Source: Mobula hypostoma (Eukaryota). Taken from it: a stretch of DNA of 64,000 nucleotides. Within the stretch, counting starts at the first letter, position 1; every line of letters starts with the position of its first letter. Positions 1-12,500 of this stretch are shown here, piece by piece. The position numbers were made by a program, and so were the translations under genes. The notes beneath the pieces were generated by a model that worked only from the letters and a program-made list of their open reading frames with translations, did not search any database and was not told the DNA's origin. The stretch is taken from positions 4,278,001 to 4,342,000 of the forward strand of contig NC_086097.1 of assembly GCF_963921235.1 (NCBI RefSeq), in the 5' to 3' direction.

Positions 1-280
1 ATTCGTTGATAATAAATGAATCTTGAATCTTCTATGCAACACACACAAAATTTAATTTCCTGTAAATGCCTACAAGTAAATAAATCGCAAGGTAGTATTT
101 GGTGATATATATGTACTTTGATAATAAATTTACTTTGAACTTTGAATAGACAACCTATGCTGCCATGCTCTCATCAGTCATTTTAGTTAGCTTTTTATTG
201 ATCCCATGACAAAATTATTTTTCCCCTGTGCTTCATATTCTTATTTGCAAAGGTTTTCTGCATCCTGTCCTTGCATTAAC

Positions 281-860
281 AAGGCTCTCTGTTGTTCGGA
301 GTTAACCATGGGTCTTGTGTCGTAGCTGTCTTTGTGATAGGTAAGTCAGGGCAGTGGGAGATATGAAGAGCAAATTGTTGCCTTGCTGCAGGCTCCCCCC
401 TCTCCTCACAGCTGATGGATCCAAAAGAAGAGCTGAAACCAGTACAGTTTGGCACCAGCTGTGTTGCAGGAGTTGCCAGTGTCAGTGTTGACCTCAATGT
501 TGGACTGCCTTTGGGACACCAGCTCCAGTTTTTTCCGACGTGGTTTACTCCCGAAGCCTTTCCATGAGTGGGCATAGCGGTAAGGTAGCAGAGGTTTGAG
601 ATTAGAGTTTTTCTTCGCCTAGATGAGCTACCAACCATGTCTGATGAGCCCCATCTGCTCAAAGCTGCTGGTTTTAAGGTGCCAGTAACCTGCTTTTGCC
701 CCTCCTCCTGTCTGTAGAAACAGTTCAGCCGGGCCGAGTAGCTAAGCCACACAGGACTCGGTTGTCAGAGGCTATTTGAGGCGCATGCCATTGGGAGCAT
801 TTAATAGCCAGTGGGAGCTTATCCCCAGCAACTGCCCTGGCTATGACAATCTTAAGGGAC
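281..860 (-). mobile_element. About 580-bp non-coding RTE-like non-autonomous retroelement, copy 1
   Basis: Colinear with 15519-16082 and 31388-31966. Resembles AviRTE-type RTE 5' UTR sequence as recalled; family unverified. Confidence 0.7.
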
Positions 861-911
861 CTTTGCATTATCATTACTTAATAAAAAGCAGTCCAATATT
901 TTGCTCAACAG

Positions 912-963
912 GAAGACATGGAAAAGCGAATAGAAAACAAGGCAGTGAATGAAAAGAAATTAG
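912..963 (+). CDS. PPP4R4: PPP4R4 internal coding exon (EDMEKRIENKAVNEKKL)
   Basis: Acceptor ttttgctcaacAG (910-911), donor G|GTGAGT (964). Open frame whose phase 1 end joins the 9380 exon. Charged peptide fits the region preceding the PPP4R4 C-terminal tail. Confidence 0.7.
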
Positions 964-1424
964 GTGAGTTTGCTTTTGTTCTCATTTGATAACTGTTAAG
1001 CACATAATATTTTCCTGCAATTTAGTTATTTTTGAAAGCAAATTTTATCACTATTTGAATACAAATAAATGACAATTTTCCAAAAGATGTTGTTGATAGT
1101 TGTATACGAACTTCACCTCTTCGTGACACCCACCCTATAAAATTAATTGGGGTGACTGCGGAAGTAAACTAAAGCAGGCATCAATCTTTTTTGAGAGTAA
1201 ATGGAATTCAAAAATTTGCAAATACAGGAAATCTGAAATAAAAGCAGAAAATACTAGAAACGTTCAACATATCAGACAGCATCCCAGCCCCTCCCACTCT
1301 GCTCTATCTCTCCTTGTCCATACTGCTTTCCACGAACACCTCCCCCCATGATATTGCAAAAAAAAAACAACTCTGCTATATCCAAACTGGTAGCATGTGT
1401 TAAACACAAGAGATTCTGCAGATA

Positions 1425-1981
1425 CGAGGAATTCTGCAGATGCTGGAAATTCAAGCAACACACATCAAAGTTGCTGGTGAATGCAGCAGACCAGGCAGCA
1501 TCTCTAGGAAGAGGTACAGTCGACGTTTCAGGCCGAGACCCTTCGTTGGGATTAACTGAAGGAAGAGCTAGTAAGAGATTTGAAAGTGGGAGAGGGAGGG
1601 GGAGATCCAAAATGATAGGAGAAGACAGGAGGGGGAGGGATGGAGCCAAGAGCTGGACAGGTGATTGGCAAAAGGGATATGAGAGGATCATGGAAGAGGA
1701 GGTCTGGGGAGAAAGGTGGGGGAGGGGGGGAACCCAGAGGATGGGCAAGGAGTATAGTCAGAGGGACAGAGGGAGAAAAAGGAGAGAGAGAGAGAGAGAA
1801 AGAATGTGTGTATATAAATAAATAACGGATGGGGTACGAGGGGGAGGTGGGGCATTAGAGGAAGTTTGAGAAGTCAATGTTCATGCCATCAGGTTGGAGG
1901 CTACCCAGACGGAATACAAGGTGTTGTTCCTCCAACCTGAGTGTGGCTTCATCTTTACAGTAAAGGAGGCCATGGATAGAC
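1425..1981 (-). mobile_element. Penelope-like element 3' fragment (GIY-YIG endonuclease C-terminus plus terminal repeat)
   Basis: ORF 1855-2073 contains LEEQHLVFRLGSLQPDGMNIDF, typical of PLE GIY-YIG ends. A degenerate hammerhead motif lies at 1518-1553. Confidence 0.85.
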
Positions 1982-2205
1982 CTGCAGATGTTGGAAATTC
2001 TGAGTAATGCACACAAGATGCTGCAGGAACTCAGCAGGTCAGCAGTACCTATGGAAATGAATAAACAGTCCAAGTTTCAGATTAAGTCCTGATGAAGGAT
2101 GTCAGCCTGAAACATTGACTGCTTATTCATTTCCATAGATGCTGCCTAATGTGTTACTCCTCCAGCATTTGTGTGTGTTGCTGTGGATTTCCAGCATCTG
2201 CAGAC
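1982..2205. mobile_element. Penelope-derived inverted-repeat short element with a central hammerhead motif
   Basis: Arms ctgcagatgttggaaat... and ...atttccagcatctgcag of about 100 bp each. CTGATGA at 2089-2095, GAAAC at 2109-2113. Confidence 0.8.
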
Positions 2206-2603
2206 TTTCGCATCATGTTTAGTACTCTTTCTGAGTAAGTGTGACCCAAGAATATAATGCTTTAATGTAATAGAAATGACTGAAGCAGTCGGGATCAAAC
2301 TTCTTACTTGAATCAATCATGTGTAAAATGGAATCTATTCCATGGTGTATTTTCCTTAGTGGAATTCCTTTTCTATTCTGCAGCTATTAATTAATATTAA
2401 GGAGATTTCAGAGTAATGAATGCACATTTAATAATGCCTTGCTTTCCGAGATGATATTATTGTTCAATGTTAAGTGATACAGACAGCAGAAGAACAAATT
2501 TACCATACTGGTTTTCCACTTTACAACTACCCACATTAATAATGAGGCCTCTGTCAGTAAGGATCGACCATGGATGTTGCTCCCCAGCTGCCTAAATACG
2601 GAA

Positions 2604-5600
2604 GCCAGGACAGTATGATGAAGAGACCAGGGGGATGGGACCAGGACAGTATGATGAAGAGACCAGGGGGATGGGACCAGGACAGTATGATGAAGAGATC
2701 GGGGGGATGGGACCAGGACAATATGATGAAGACACTAGGGGGATGGTACCAGGACAGTTTGATGAAGAGACCAGGGGATGGGACCAGGACAGTATGATAA
2801 AGAGACCAGGGGGATGGGACCAGACAGTATGATGAAGACATCAGGGGGATGGGACCAGGACAGTATGATGAAGAGACCAGGGGGATGAGACCAGGACAGT
2901 ATGATGAAGAGACCAGGGGGATGGGACCTGGACAGTATGATGAAAAGACCAGGAGGATGGGACCAGGACAGTATGATGAAGAGACCGGGGGGATGGGACC
3001 AGGACAGTATGATGAAGAGGCCAGAGGGATGGGACCAGGGCAGTATGATGAAGAGACCGGGGTGATGGGACCACAACAGTATGATGAAGAGGCCAGAGGG
3101 ATGGGACCAGGACAGTATGATGAAGAGTTCAGGGGGGATGGGATCAGGACATTACGATGAAGAGACCAGGGGGGTGGGACCAGGACAGTATGATGAAGAG
3201 ACCAGGGGGATGAGACCAGGACAGTATGATGAAAAGACCAGGAGGATGGGACCAGGACAGTATGATGAAGAGACCAGGGGGATGGGACCAGGACAGTATG
3301 ATGAAGAGACCAGGGGGATGGGACCAGGACAGTATGATGAAGAGACCAGGGGGATGAGACCAGGACAGTATGATGAAGAGTTCAGGGGGGATGGGACCAG
3401 GACAGTGTGATGAAAAGACCAGGAGAATGGGACCAGGACAGTATGATGAAGAGACCGGCGGGATGGGACCAGGACAGTATGATGAAGAGGCCAGAGGGAT
3501 GGGACCAGGACAGTATGATGAAGAGACCAGGGGGATGGGACCAGGACAGTATGATGAAGAGGCCAGAGGGATGGGACCAGGACAGGATGATGAAGAGTTC
3601 AGGGGGGATGGGATCAGGACATTACGATGAAGAGACCAGGGGGGTGGGACCAGGACAGTATGATGAAGAGACCAGGGGGATGGGACCAGGACAGTATGAT
3701 GAAGAGACCAGGGGGTTGGGACCAGGACAGTATGATGAAGAGACCAGGGGTATGAGACCAGGACAGTATGATAAAGAGACCAGGGGGATGGGACCAGGAC
3801 AGTATGATGAAAAGACCAGGAGGATGGGACGAGGACAGTATGATGAAGAGACCAGGGGGGTGGGACCAGGACAGGATGATGAAGAGTTCAGGGGGGATGG
3901 GATCAGCACATTACGATGAAGAGACCAGGGGGGTGGGACCAGGACAGGATGATGAAGAGACAAGGAGGATGGGACCAGGACAGTATGATAAAGAGACCGG
4001 GGGGATGGGACCAGGACAGTATGATGAAGAGTTCAGGGGGGATGGGACCAGGACAGTATGATGAAGAGGCCAGAGGGATGGGACCAGGACAGTATGATGA
4101 AGAGTTCAGGGGGGATGGGATCAGGACATTACGATGAAGAGACCAGGGGGGTGGGACCAGGACAGTATGATGAAGAGACCAGGGGGATGAGACCAGGACA
4201 GTATGATGAAAAGACCAGGAGGATGGGACCAGGACAGTATGATGAAGAGACCAGGGGGATGGGACCAGGACAGTATGATGAAGAGACCAGGGGGATGGGA
4301 CCAGGACAGTATGATGAAGAGACCAGGGGGATGAGACCAGGACAGTATGATGAAGAGACCGAGGGGATGGGACCAGGACAGTGTGATGAAAAGACCAGGA
4401 GGATGGGACCAGGACAGTATGATGAAGAGACTGGGGGGATGGGACCAGGACAGTATGATGAAGAGGCCAGAGGGATGGGACCAGGACAGTATGATGAAGA
4501 GACTGGGGGGATGGGACCAGGACAGTATGATGAAGAAACCAGGGGGATGAGACCAGGACAGTATGATGAAGAGACCAGGAGGATGGGACCAGGACAGTAT
4601 GATGAAAAGACCAGGAGGATGGGACCAGGACAGTATGATGAAGAGACCAGGGGGATGGGACCAGGACAGTATGATGAAGAGACCAGGGGGATGGGACCAG
4701 GACAGTATGATGAAGAGACCAGGGGGATGAGACCAGGACAGTATGATGAAGAGACCGAGGGGATGGGACCAGGACAGTGTGATGAAAAGACCAGGAGGAT
4801 GGGACCAGGACAGTATGATGAAGAGACTGGGGGGATGGGACCAGGACAGTATGATGAAGAGGCCAGAGGGATGGGACCAGGACAGTATGATGAAGAGACT
4901 GGGGGGATGGGACCAGGACAGTATGATGAAGAAACCAGGGGGATGAGACCAGGACAGTATGATGAAGAGACCAGGAGGATGGGACCAGGACAGTATGATG
5001 AAAAGACCAGGAGGATGGGACAAGGACAGTATGATGAAGAGACCAGGGGGATGGGACCAGGACAGGATGATGAAGAGTTCAGGGGGGATGGGATCAGGAC
5101 ATTACGATGAAGAGACCTGGGGGATGGGACCAGACAGTATGATGAAGAGACCAGGGGGATGGGACAAGGACAGTATGATGAAGAGACCGGGGGGATGGGA
5201 CCAGGACAGTATGATGAAGAGACCAGGGGGATGGGACCAGGACAGTATGATGAAGAGACCGGGAGGATGGGACCAGGACAGTATGATGAAGAGACCAGGG
5301 GGATGGGACCAGGACAGTATGATGAAGAGACCGGGGGGATGGGACCAGGACAGTATGATGAAGAGACCAGGGGGATGGGACCAGGTCAGTATGATGAAGA
5401 GACTGGGGAGATGGGACCAGGACAGTATGATGAAGAGACCAGGGGGATGGGACCAGGACAGTATGATGAAGAGACTGGGGGGATGGGACCAGGACAGTAT
5501 GATGAAGAGACCAGGGGGATGTGACCAGGACAGTATGATGAAGAGACAGGGGGATGGGACCAGGACAGTTTGATGAAGAAACCGGGGGGATGGGACCAGG

Positions 5601-7590
5601 GCAGTATGATGAAGAGCCCAGGAGGATGGGACCAGGACAGTATGATGAAGAGACCAGGAGGATGGGACCAGGACAGTATAATGAACAGACCAGGAGAATG
5701 GGACCAGGACAGTATGATGAAGAGGCCAGGGGGATGGGACCAGGACAGTATGATGAAAAGACCAGGAGGATGGGACAAGGACAGTATGATGAAGAGACCA
5801 GGGGGATGGGACCAGGACAGGATGATGAAGAGTTCAGGGGGGATGGGATCAGGACATTACGATGAAGAGACCAGGGGGATGGGACCAGGACAGTATGATG
5901 AAGAGACCAGGGGGATGGGACCAGACAGTATGATGAAGAGACCAGGGGGATGGGACCAGGACAGTATGATGAAGAGACCGGGGGATGGGACCAGGACAGT
6001 ATGATGAAGAGACCAGGGGGATGGGACCAGGACAGTATGATGAAGAGACTGGGAGGATGGGACCAGGACAGTATGATGAAGAGACCAGGGGGATGGGACC
6101 AGGACAGTATGATGAAGAGACCGGGGGGGATGGGACCAGGACAGTATGATGAAGAGACCAGGGGGATGGGACCAGGACAGTATGATGAAGAGACTGGGGA
6201 GATGGGACCAGGACAGTATGATGAAGAGACCAGGGGGATGGGACCAGGACAGTATGATGAAGAGACAGGGGGATGGGACCAGGACAGTATGATGAAGAGA
6301 CCAGGGGGATGGGACCAGGACAGTATGATGAAGAGACTGGGGAGATGGGACCAGGACAGTATGATGAAGAGACCAGGAGGATGGGACCAGGACAGTTTGA
6401 TGAAGAGACCGGGGGGATGGGACCAGGTCAGTATGATGAAGAGACCAGGGGGATGGGACCAGGACAGTATGATGAAGAGACCAGGAGGATGGGACCAGGA
6501 CAGTATGATGAAGAGACCAGGAGGATGGGACCAGGACAGTATAATGAACAGACCAGGAGGATGGGACCAGGACAGTATGATGAAGAGACCAGGGGAGTGG
6601 GACCAGGACAGTATGATGAAGAGACCAGGGGGATGGGACCAGGACAGTATGATGAAGAGACCAGGAGGATGGGACCAGGACAGTATGATGAAGAGACCGG
6701 GGGGATGGGACCAGGACAGTATAATGAAGAGACCGGGGGGATGGGACCAGGACAGTATGATGAAGAGTTCAGGGGGGATGGGACCAGGACAGTATGATGA
6801 AGAGACCAGGGTGATGGGACCAGGACAGTATGATGAAGATGTCAGGAGGATGAGACCAGGACAGTATGATGACGAGACCAGGGGGATGGGACCAGGACAG
6901 GATGATGAAGAGACTGGGGGGATGGGACCAGGACAGTATGATGAAGAGACCAGGGTGATGGGACCAGGACAGTATGATGAAGAGGTCAGGAGGATGAGAC
7001 CAGGACAGTATGATGACGAGACCAGGGGGATGGGACCAGGACAGGATGATGAAGAGACCGGGGGGATGGGACCAGGACAGTACGATGAAGAGACCGGGGG
7101 GGATGGGACCAGGACAGTATGATGAAGAGTTCAGGGAGGATGGGACCAGGACAGTATGATGAAGAGACCAGGGGGATGGGACCAGGACAGTATGATGAAG
7201 AGACCAGGGGGATGGGACCAGGATAGTATGATGAAGAGGTCAGGAGGATGGGACCAGGACAGTACGATGAAGAGATTAGGAGGATGGGACCAGGACAGTA
7301 TGATGAAGAGACCAGGGGGGATGGGACCAGGACAGTATGATGAAGACACCAGGGGGATGGGACCAGACAGCATGATGAAGAGACCAGGGGGGATGGGACC
7401 AGGACAGTATGATGAAGACCCGGGGGGGGATGGGACCGCACAAGATGATGAAGAGACCAGGATAGTATGATGAAGAGACCGGGGGGATGGGACCAGGACA
7501 GGATGATGAAGAGATCAGTGTGGATGGTGTTGAAGAGACCAGGGGATGGGACCAGGAGAGTAAGATGAAGAGACCAGGGGATGGGACCAT
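2604..7590. repeat. 36-bp G/purine-rich minisatellite, about 138 units, consensus GGGACCAGGACAGTATGATGAAGAGACCAGGGGGAT
   Basis: Read directly; units start at 4261 and 4297. Lies in a PPP4R4 intron. Confidence 0.98.
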
Positions 7591-7596
7591 GGTAGT

Positions 7597-9275
7597 CTGG
7601 ATTTTAAGAAGGCATCTGACAAGCTGCTACACATAAGGCTGCATAACAAGCTATGAGCCTATGGTATTACAGGAAAGATTCTAGCATGGATAAAACAGAG
7701 GCTAATTGGTAGGAGGCAAAGAATAAAGGGAGCCTTTTCTGGTTGGTTGCTGGTAACTAGTGGTGTTCCACAGGGGTCTGTGTTAGGACCGATTTGTTTT
7801 ACGTTATATGTCAATGATTTCCATGATGGAATTGATGACATTGTTGCAAAGTCTGCAGCCGTTATGAATATAGGTGGAGGGGAAGGTAGTTTTGAGGAAA
7901 TAGAGAGGCTACTGAAGGACTTGGACAGATCAGGAGAATGGGCAAAGAAATGGCAGATGGAATGCAGTGCTGGGATGTACATGGTCATGCAGTTCGATAG
8001 AAGAAAGGTTTCTAGCATGGATAAAGCAGTGGCTGATTGGCAGGAGGCAAGGAGTGGGAATAAAGGGAGCCTTTTCTGTCTGTCTGCCCGTGACTAATGG
8101 TGTTCCACAGGGATCTGTGTTGAGACCGATTCTTTTTACATTATATGTCAATGATTTGGATGATAGAATTGATCGGTTGATTGCAAGGTTTGCAGTCAAC
8201 ATGAAAATAGGTGGAGGAGCAAGTAGTTTTGAGGAAGTAGAGAGGCTACAGAAGGACTTAGATAGATTAGGAGCATGGGCAAAGAAATGGCAGATGGAAT
8301 ACAGTTCCAGGAAGTCTATGGTCATGCACTTTCGTAGAAGAAATGAAAGGGTTGACTATTTTCTATTTGGAGAGAAAATGCAAAAAAAACGATGTGCAAA
8401 GGGACTTGGGAGTCATTGTGCAGGGTTATCTAAATGTTAATTTACAGATTGAGTCAGTGGCAGGAAGGCAAATGCAATGTTAACATTCATTTCAAGAGGA
8501 GTAGAATATAAAAACAATGATGTAATGTTGAGCCTTTATAAATCACTGATGAGGCCTTACTTGGAGTATTGTTAGCAGTTTTGGGCCCTTATCTTAGAAA
8601 GGATGTGTTGAAACTGGAGAGGGTTCAAAGAAGGTTCAGAGAAATGATTCTAGGATTGAATGGCTTGTTTTATGAAGAGCATTTGATGACTCTGGGCAAC
8701 TGTATTTTCTGGAATTCAGAAGAATGAGGGGTGACCTTATTGAAACCTATCAATAGTGAAAGGCCCTGATAGAGTAGATGTGGAGAGGAGTCTATGTTAT
8801 ATTGACTGTCCTGTTGTACATACTATTTATTACAAATTATTATAAATTGCACATTGCACATTTAGATGGAGAAGTAACATAAAGATTTTTACTTCTCATG
8901 TATATGAAGGATGTAAGTAATAAAGTCATTTCAATTCAATTCAGGATGTTTCCTATGGTGGGAGAGTCTAAGACCAGAGGACACAGTCCCTGAATAGAGG
9001 GGCATCTTTTTAGAACAGAGAAGAGGAGGAATTTCTTTAACCAGAGGGTGGTGAATCTGTGGAATTCATTGCCACAGACAGCTATGGAAGCCAAGTCTTT
9101 ATGTATATTTAAAGTAGAGGTTGATAGATTCTTGATCGGTCAGGACATGAAGTGATACGGGATGAAGGCAGGAGATTGGGGCTGAGAGGAAAATTGGATC
9201 AGCCATATTGAAATGGCAGAGCAGACTCAATCGACAAAATGGCCTAATTCTGCTCCTATATCTTATGGTCTTATT
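7597..9275 (+). mobile_element. CR1 LINE, 5'-truncated and decayed, with an internal tandem duplication of about 330 bp and a LINE-tail insertion (8790-8943)
   Basis: VTSGVPQGSVLGP occurs twice (7747 and about 8090); 3' tail tcttatggtcttat. Confidence 0.9.
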
Positions 9276-9379
9276 TCAATTAGCTGTATTCTCAAATATT
9301 CTGTGAGCTGTTTCTATTGCTGCCTTATATTTCATCTTCCATTATTAAAATCAAATACTTATTTTTTTTTTTAACTTAG

Positions 9380-9485
9380 TTTCATCTCTTAGCAAGGATG
9401 GGAAGAAGAAGAATAAGTTAGCCCGTAGTCGTTCGCTTGGTGCTCGAGTGGCACCTCCGAAGCTAATCTCTGATAAGGCCACAAT
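9380..9485 (+). CDS. PPP4R4: PPP4R4 coding exon (VSSLSKDGKKKNKLARSRSLGARVAPPKLISDKATM)
   Basis: Poly-T tract + ttAG acceptor, AT|GTAAGT donor. SKDGKKKNKLARSRSL resembles human SKEIKKSKLIRSQSF (recalled). Confidence 0.85.
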
Positions 9486-10247
9486 GTAAGTAAGATGGTA
9501 GGAGTAAAATATCTTAAAATTGAGGAAGCTAGAAACCCCAAATCATTCATTCTTTTTGTAATTTTCCATCTTCACATGTCTTATTCAAAGTGATGCTAAG
9601 TTCATTTGACAAAAATCTGATCTCTTAACCTTACCAAAATCATCCTTCATCTCCAGAGTAAAAATTCTATTCTATAGGGGGAGAAAAACACGGTTTAATC
9701 TTTACTGATGTGAAAATAAATACTTTGAATTCACATTTGCTTCGGAGCCATCAAAATCAATGATAGTTTTATTATAATTTCTGCTAATTGTTTTAGAACT
9801 TTAATCAGGTTATTAACACAGTCCTTGGCTTAGCATTCACTCATTGTTGCCATCCGAGATGCCTTACTCTGTTGGTGATATCACCAAATTAAAAAAAACT
9901 AATACAATTGCATGCTGCAACTAATACAGGATATAATTGCCGTGTACTCTTTATGCAGATATGCAGCATTGTAATCATTTTCACGTGCACCAGAATTTGC
10001 ATGTGCATGAATCAAGGTCAAAACACAGGCATGCATTCCAAAGTATTCTTTTGTGAGCTGATGAATTTAAATGTTAGGCTCACAATTAACTTGTCCAGAG
10101 CTTTAATTATACTGTAATAGACCAGAATTTACAGGAATGTCCATTTCATTTTTTTTAGTAAGTTCTGACCCATTTGTATATCTGTTGAATTATTTTTGGC
10201 TACTGAAATAAATCTCAATTGCAACATTTGTAACGTTTGTTTTTCAG

Positions 10248-10312
10248 GAAGTTCACTGCAATATCTAACTCTCAAATTGCTCCAACTGCAAAAAATGCCC
10301 TGCTGTCATTTG
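10248..10312 (+). CDS. PPP4R4: PPP4R4 coding exon (KFTAISNSQIAPTAKNALLSF)
   Basis: tttgtttttcAG acceptor, G|GTAAGA donor. Phases 2 and 1 match both neighbouring exons. Confidence 0.8.
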
Positions 10313-10768
10313 GTAAGAAATCTGCATATGTACAACATGTTTGAGCAGCATTGTAGCACTCAATGTTACTTACGTACTTAAGCCCATCACCCCTACTAGG
10401 GCATAGCCTGCCAGAGTCCTGTGTCCTGGGCCAGTCTTCCACATTGTCCCAAGTGTAGCCTATCTTCTTGGTGTCCTTCCTCTCCCAGGGATGAGGTCTT
10501 TGGCGTTTTTGTACTCTGGGTTTTTAATGGAATGGGGTTGCTAGCCCTATTCCTTTCACAGCCGGGTTCGGTGGAGTTGTAACATTCTATATACTATTAA
10601 AAAATTGAATATTTTCACATTTTTGTGCCAAAATGACAATAAAAATTTCTGCAAAGATCAAACCTGCAAACAAATTTTATAGATTGCTAAGTTGCATTAA
10701 TATTGTGTCAAAGAAATAGCCATCAAAGAAACTTATTTAACAATATGTGGTTTTGTGTTTTAATTTAG

Positions 10769-10901
10769 ATTCAACATCTCAGAGTCATTCAACTTCCGCT
10801 GGGCTTTCCCATCTGCCATCTTGTTCGCGTTTTTATTCACCTAATTCCAATGAGCAAAAACCAAATGGAAGCAAAGATACCCTTCCAAAAAAGTTTAACT
10901 T
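10769..10901 (+). CDS. PPP4R4: PPP4R4 penultimate coding exon (DSTSQSHST...QKPNGSKDTLPKKFNL)
   Basis: tttaatttAG acceptor, TT|GTAAGT donor. GSKDTLPKKFNL resembles human GSKDTQPRKATL (recalled). Confidence 0.85.
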
Positions 10902-10987
10902 GTAAGTCTGTGTGTCCAAGTTTGTTACTGTGTTCATAGAGAAACCAATTTCAATATCAAGATGATGATGCCTGTTTACTCCCTCGA

Positions 10988-11415
10988 GTAACACACACAA
11001 AATGCCAGAGGAACTCAGCAGGTTACAGGAGAGGACGAAATAGTTGACGTTTTGGGTCGAGTCCCTTCATCAGGACTGGAAAGGAAGGGGGAAGAAGCCA
11101 AAGTAAGAAGGTGGGGGTGGGGAAGGAGTCCAAGGTCGAAGCTGATAGGTGGAGCCAGGTGTGTAGGGTATGCTTTACCTATGCTGTATACTACATGCAT
11201 TTTGAACTATATCTTATTAACTTACTTATGGTAACATTTTGGTTTACGTGATGGGTGTGATGTGGGTGAAAGATGGTCTGGATGAACATTGTTTTATTTG
11301 GTTGTGTATATGTACAGTCAGATAGCAATAAACGTGAAATTAGAGAGGGATAGAGTACGATGTCGGGAGGTGACAGGTGGAACAGGTAAAGGGCTGAAGA
11401 AGATGGAATACTCTT
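10988..11415 (-). mobile_element. Penelope terminal fragment with a mutated hammerhead (11042-11077), interrupted by a LINE tail at about 11165-11340
   Basis: Minus strand AGTC-CTGATGA-AGGGACTCGACCC-AAAAC-GTC-AACT. Confidence 0.7.
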
Positions 11416-12011
11416 TTTCCCCATTTTCCCAAAAGCATCATATCTTCACTAAGTGGTTCCAGAGCTGCAGTTATTTTGTTTTCTCTCATTCTCAAAGTAG
11501 TTATTCTTTGCGCAAGCAAGTGATTGATTGTGTCATTGACTCAGTCATTCTACACTATATCTACATATTTTATTGTTAAGCAAAGTTTATTATCTGGAAA
11601 GGGAATTAAGGCTTTTGTGTTCCCTTACCCTTCACATAGACAGAGTCAAAAATGGGCAGACACAGCTGCAATAGTAGAGCAGAGACCAGTTGCTGGCCAG
11701 GAATCAAATTTGGGTTTGATTAAGCCAGGCATTTTTCCATTCCATTTCCTCAGTGCACACCTGCGGCAGAGTATGATTTCCACTCACTTGCATGTCCCAA
11801 TTTTATTTCTAATTCAGGGTCATTTCACATAGTGAATGTGGTCTTCCAAACTCTGTCAATGAGTTACACTATCATGGGGTCAGAACCAAAGATGATTATC
11901 GGACCGTCATCACATTTTGTATCTCTTTTTACCTTTTCACCCTGGTATCCTGCTGTTCTCTGAATGCTGATTACCAGTACTTTGAAAGCAACCCACTGTT
12001 AAGTATTTTCA

Positions 12012-12500
12012 AAATCAGATTTAATATTACTGGCATATGTTGTGAACTTCGTTGTTTTGCGGCAGTAGTACAGTGCAATACATAATAATAAAAAACTGTG
12101 AATTACAATAAGAAACATATATAAATTAAATAAGTAGCCCCAAAAAGAGAGCAACTAATATTGAGGTATTGTACATGGGTTCATTGTTCATTCAAAAATC
12201 TGATGGTGGAGGGGAAGAAGCTGATCCTGAAATGTTGAGTGTGTGTCTTGACACTCCTGCATCTCCTCCTTGAGGATAGCAATGAGAAGGGGGCGTGTAC
12301 TGGTTGTGAGTGTCCCTAATGATGGATGCTGCCTTTTCGAGGCATCAGGTTTTGAAAATATCCTCAATGCTGGGGAGGCTAGTGTCATTGATGGAGCTGG
12401 CTAAATTTACAACTTTTTGCAACTTAATCCGATCCTGTGTATTGTCCCTCCATACCAGATGGAGATGCATCCAATTAGAATGCTCTCTATGGTTTTGAGC
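12012..12500 (-). mobile_element. L2/Rex1-type LINE 3' fragment
   Basis: Minus-strand peptide LQKVVNLASSINDTSLPSIEDIF; related fragments at 16315-16605, 24480-24880, 39410-39895, 44340-44795, 44900-45190. Confidence 0.7.

Noticed and set aside
276..752. 158-aa ORF and other short ORFs in repeats or AT-rich DNA
   Set aside because: Frames are not preserved between repeat copies and show no recognisable domains.
1087..1163. Extra PPP4R4 exon (open frame DVVDSCIRTSPLRDTHPIKLIG)
   Set aside because: Weak acceptor, and the available GT donors (1152, 1164) are phase 0, incompatible with the phase 1 acceptor at 9380.
2554..7590. Long repetitive ORFs (MGPGQYDEETRG / MMKRPGGWDQDS / LFIILSWSHPPG) as a structural protein gene
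   Set aside because: A 36-bp unit without stops keeps several frames open on both strands. Frequent 35- and 37-bp units shift frames freely, no splice signals were found, and the array lies in a PPP4R4 intron.
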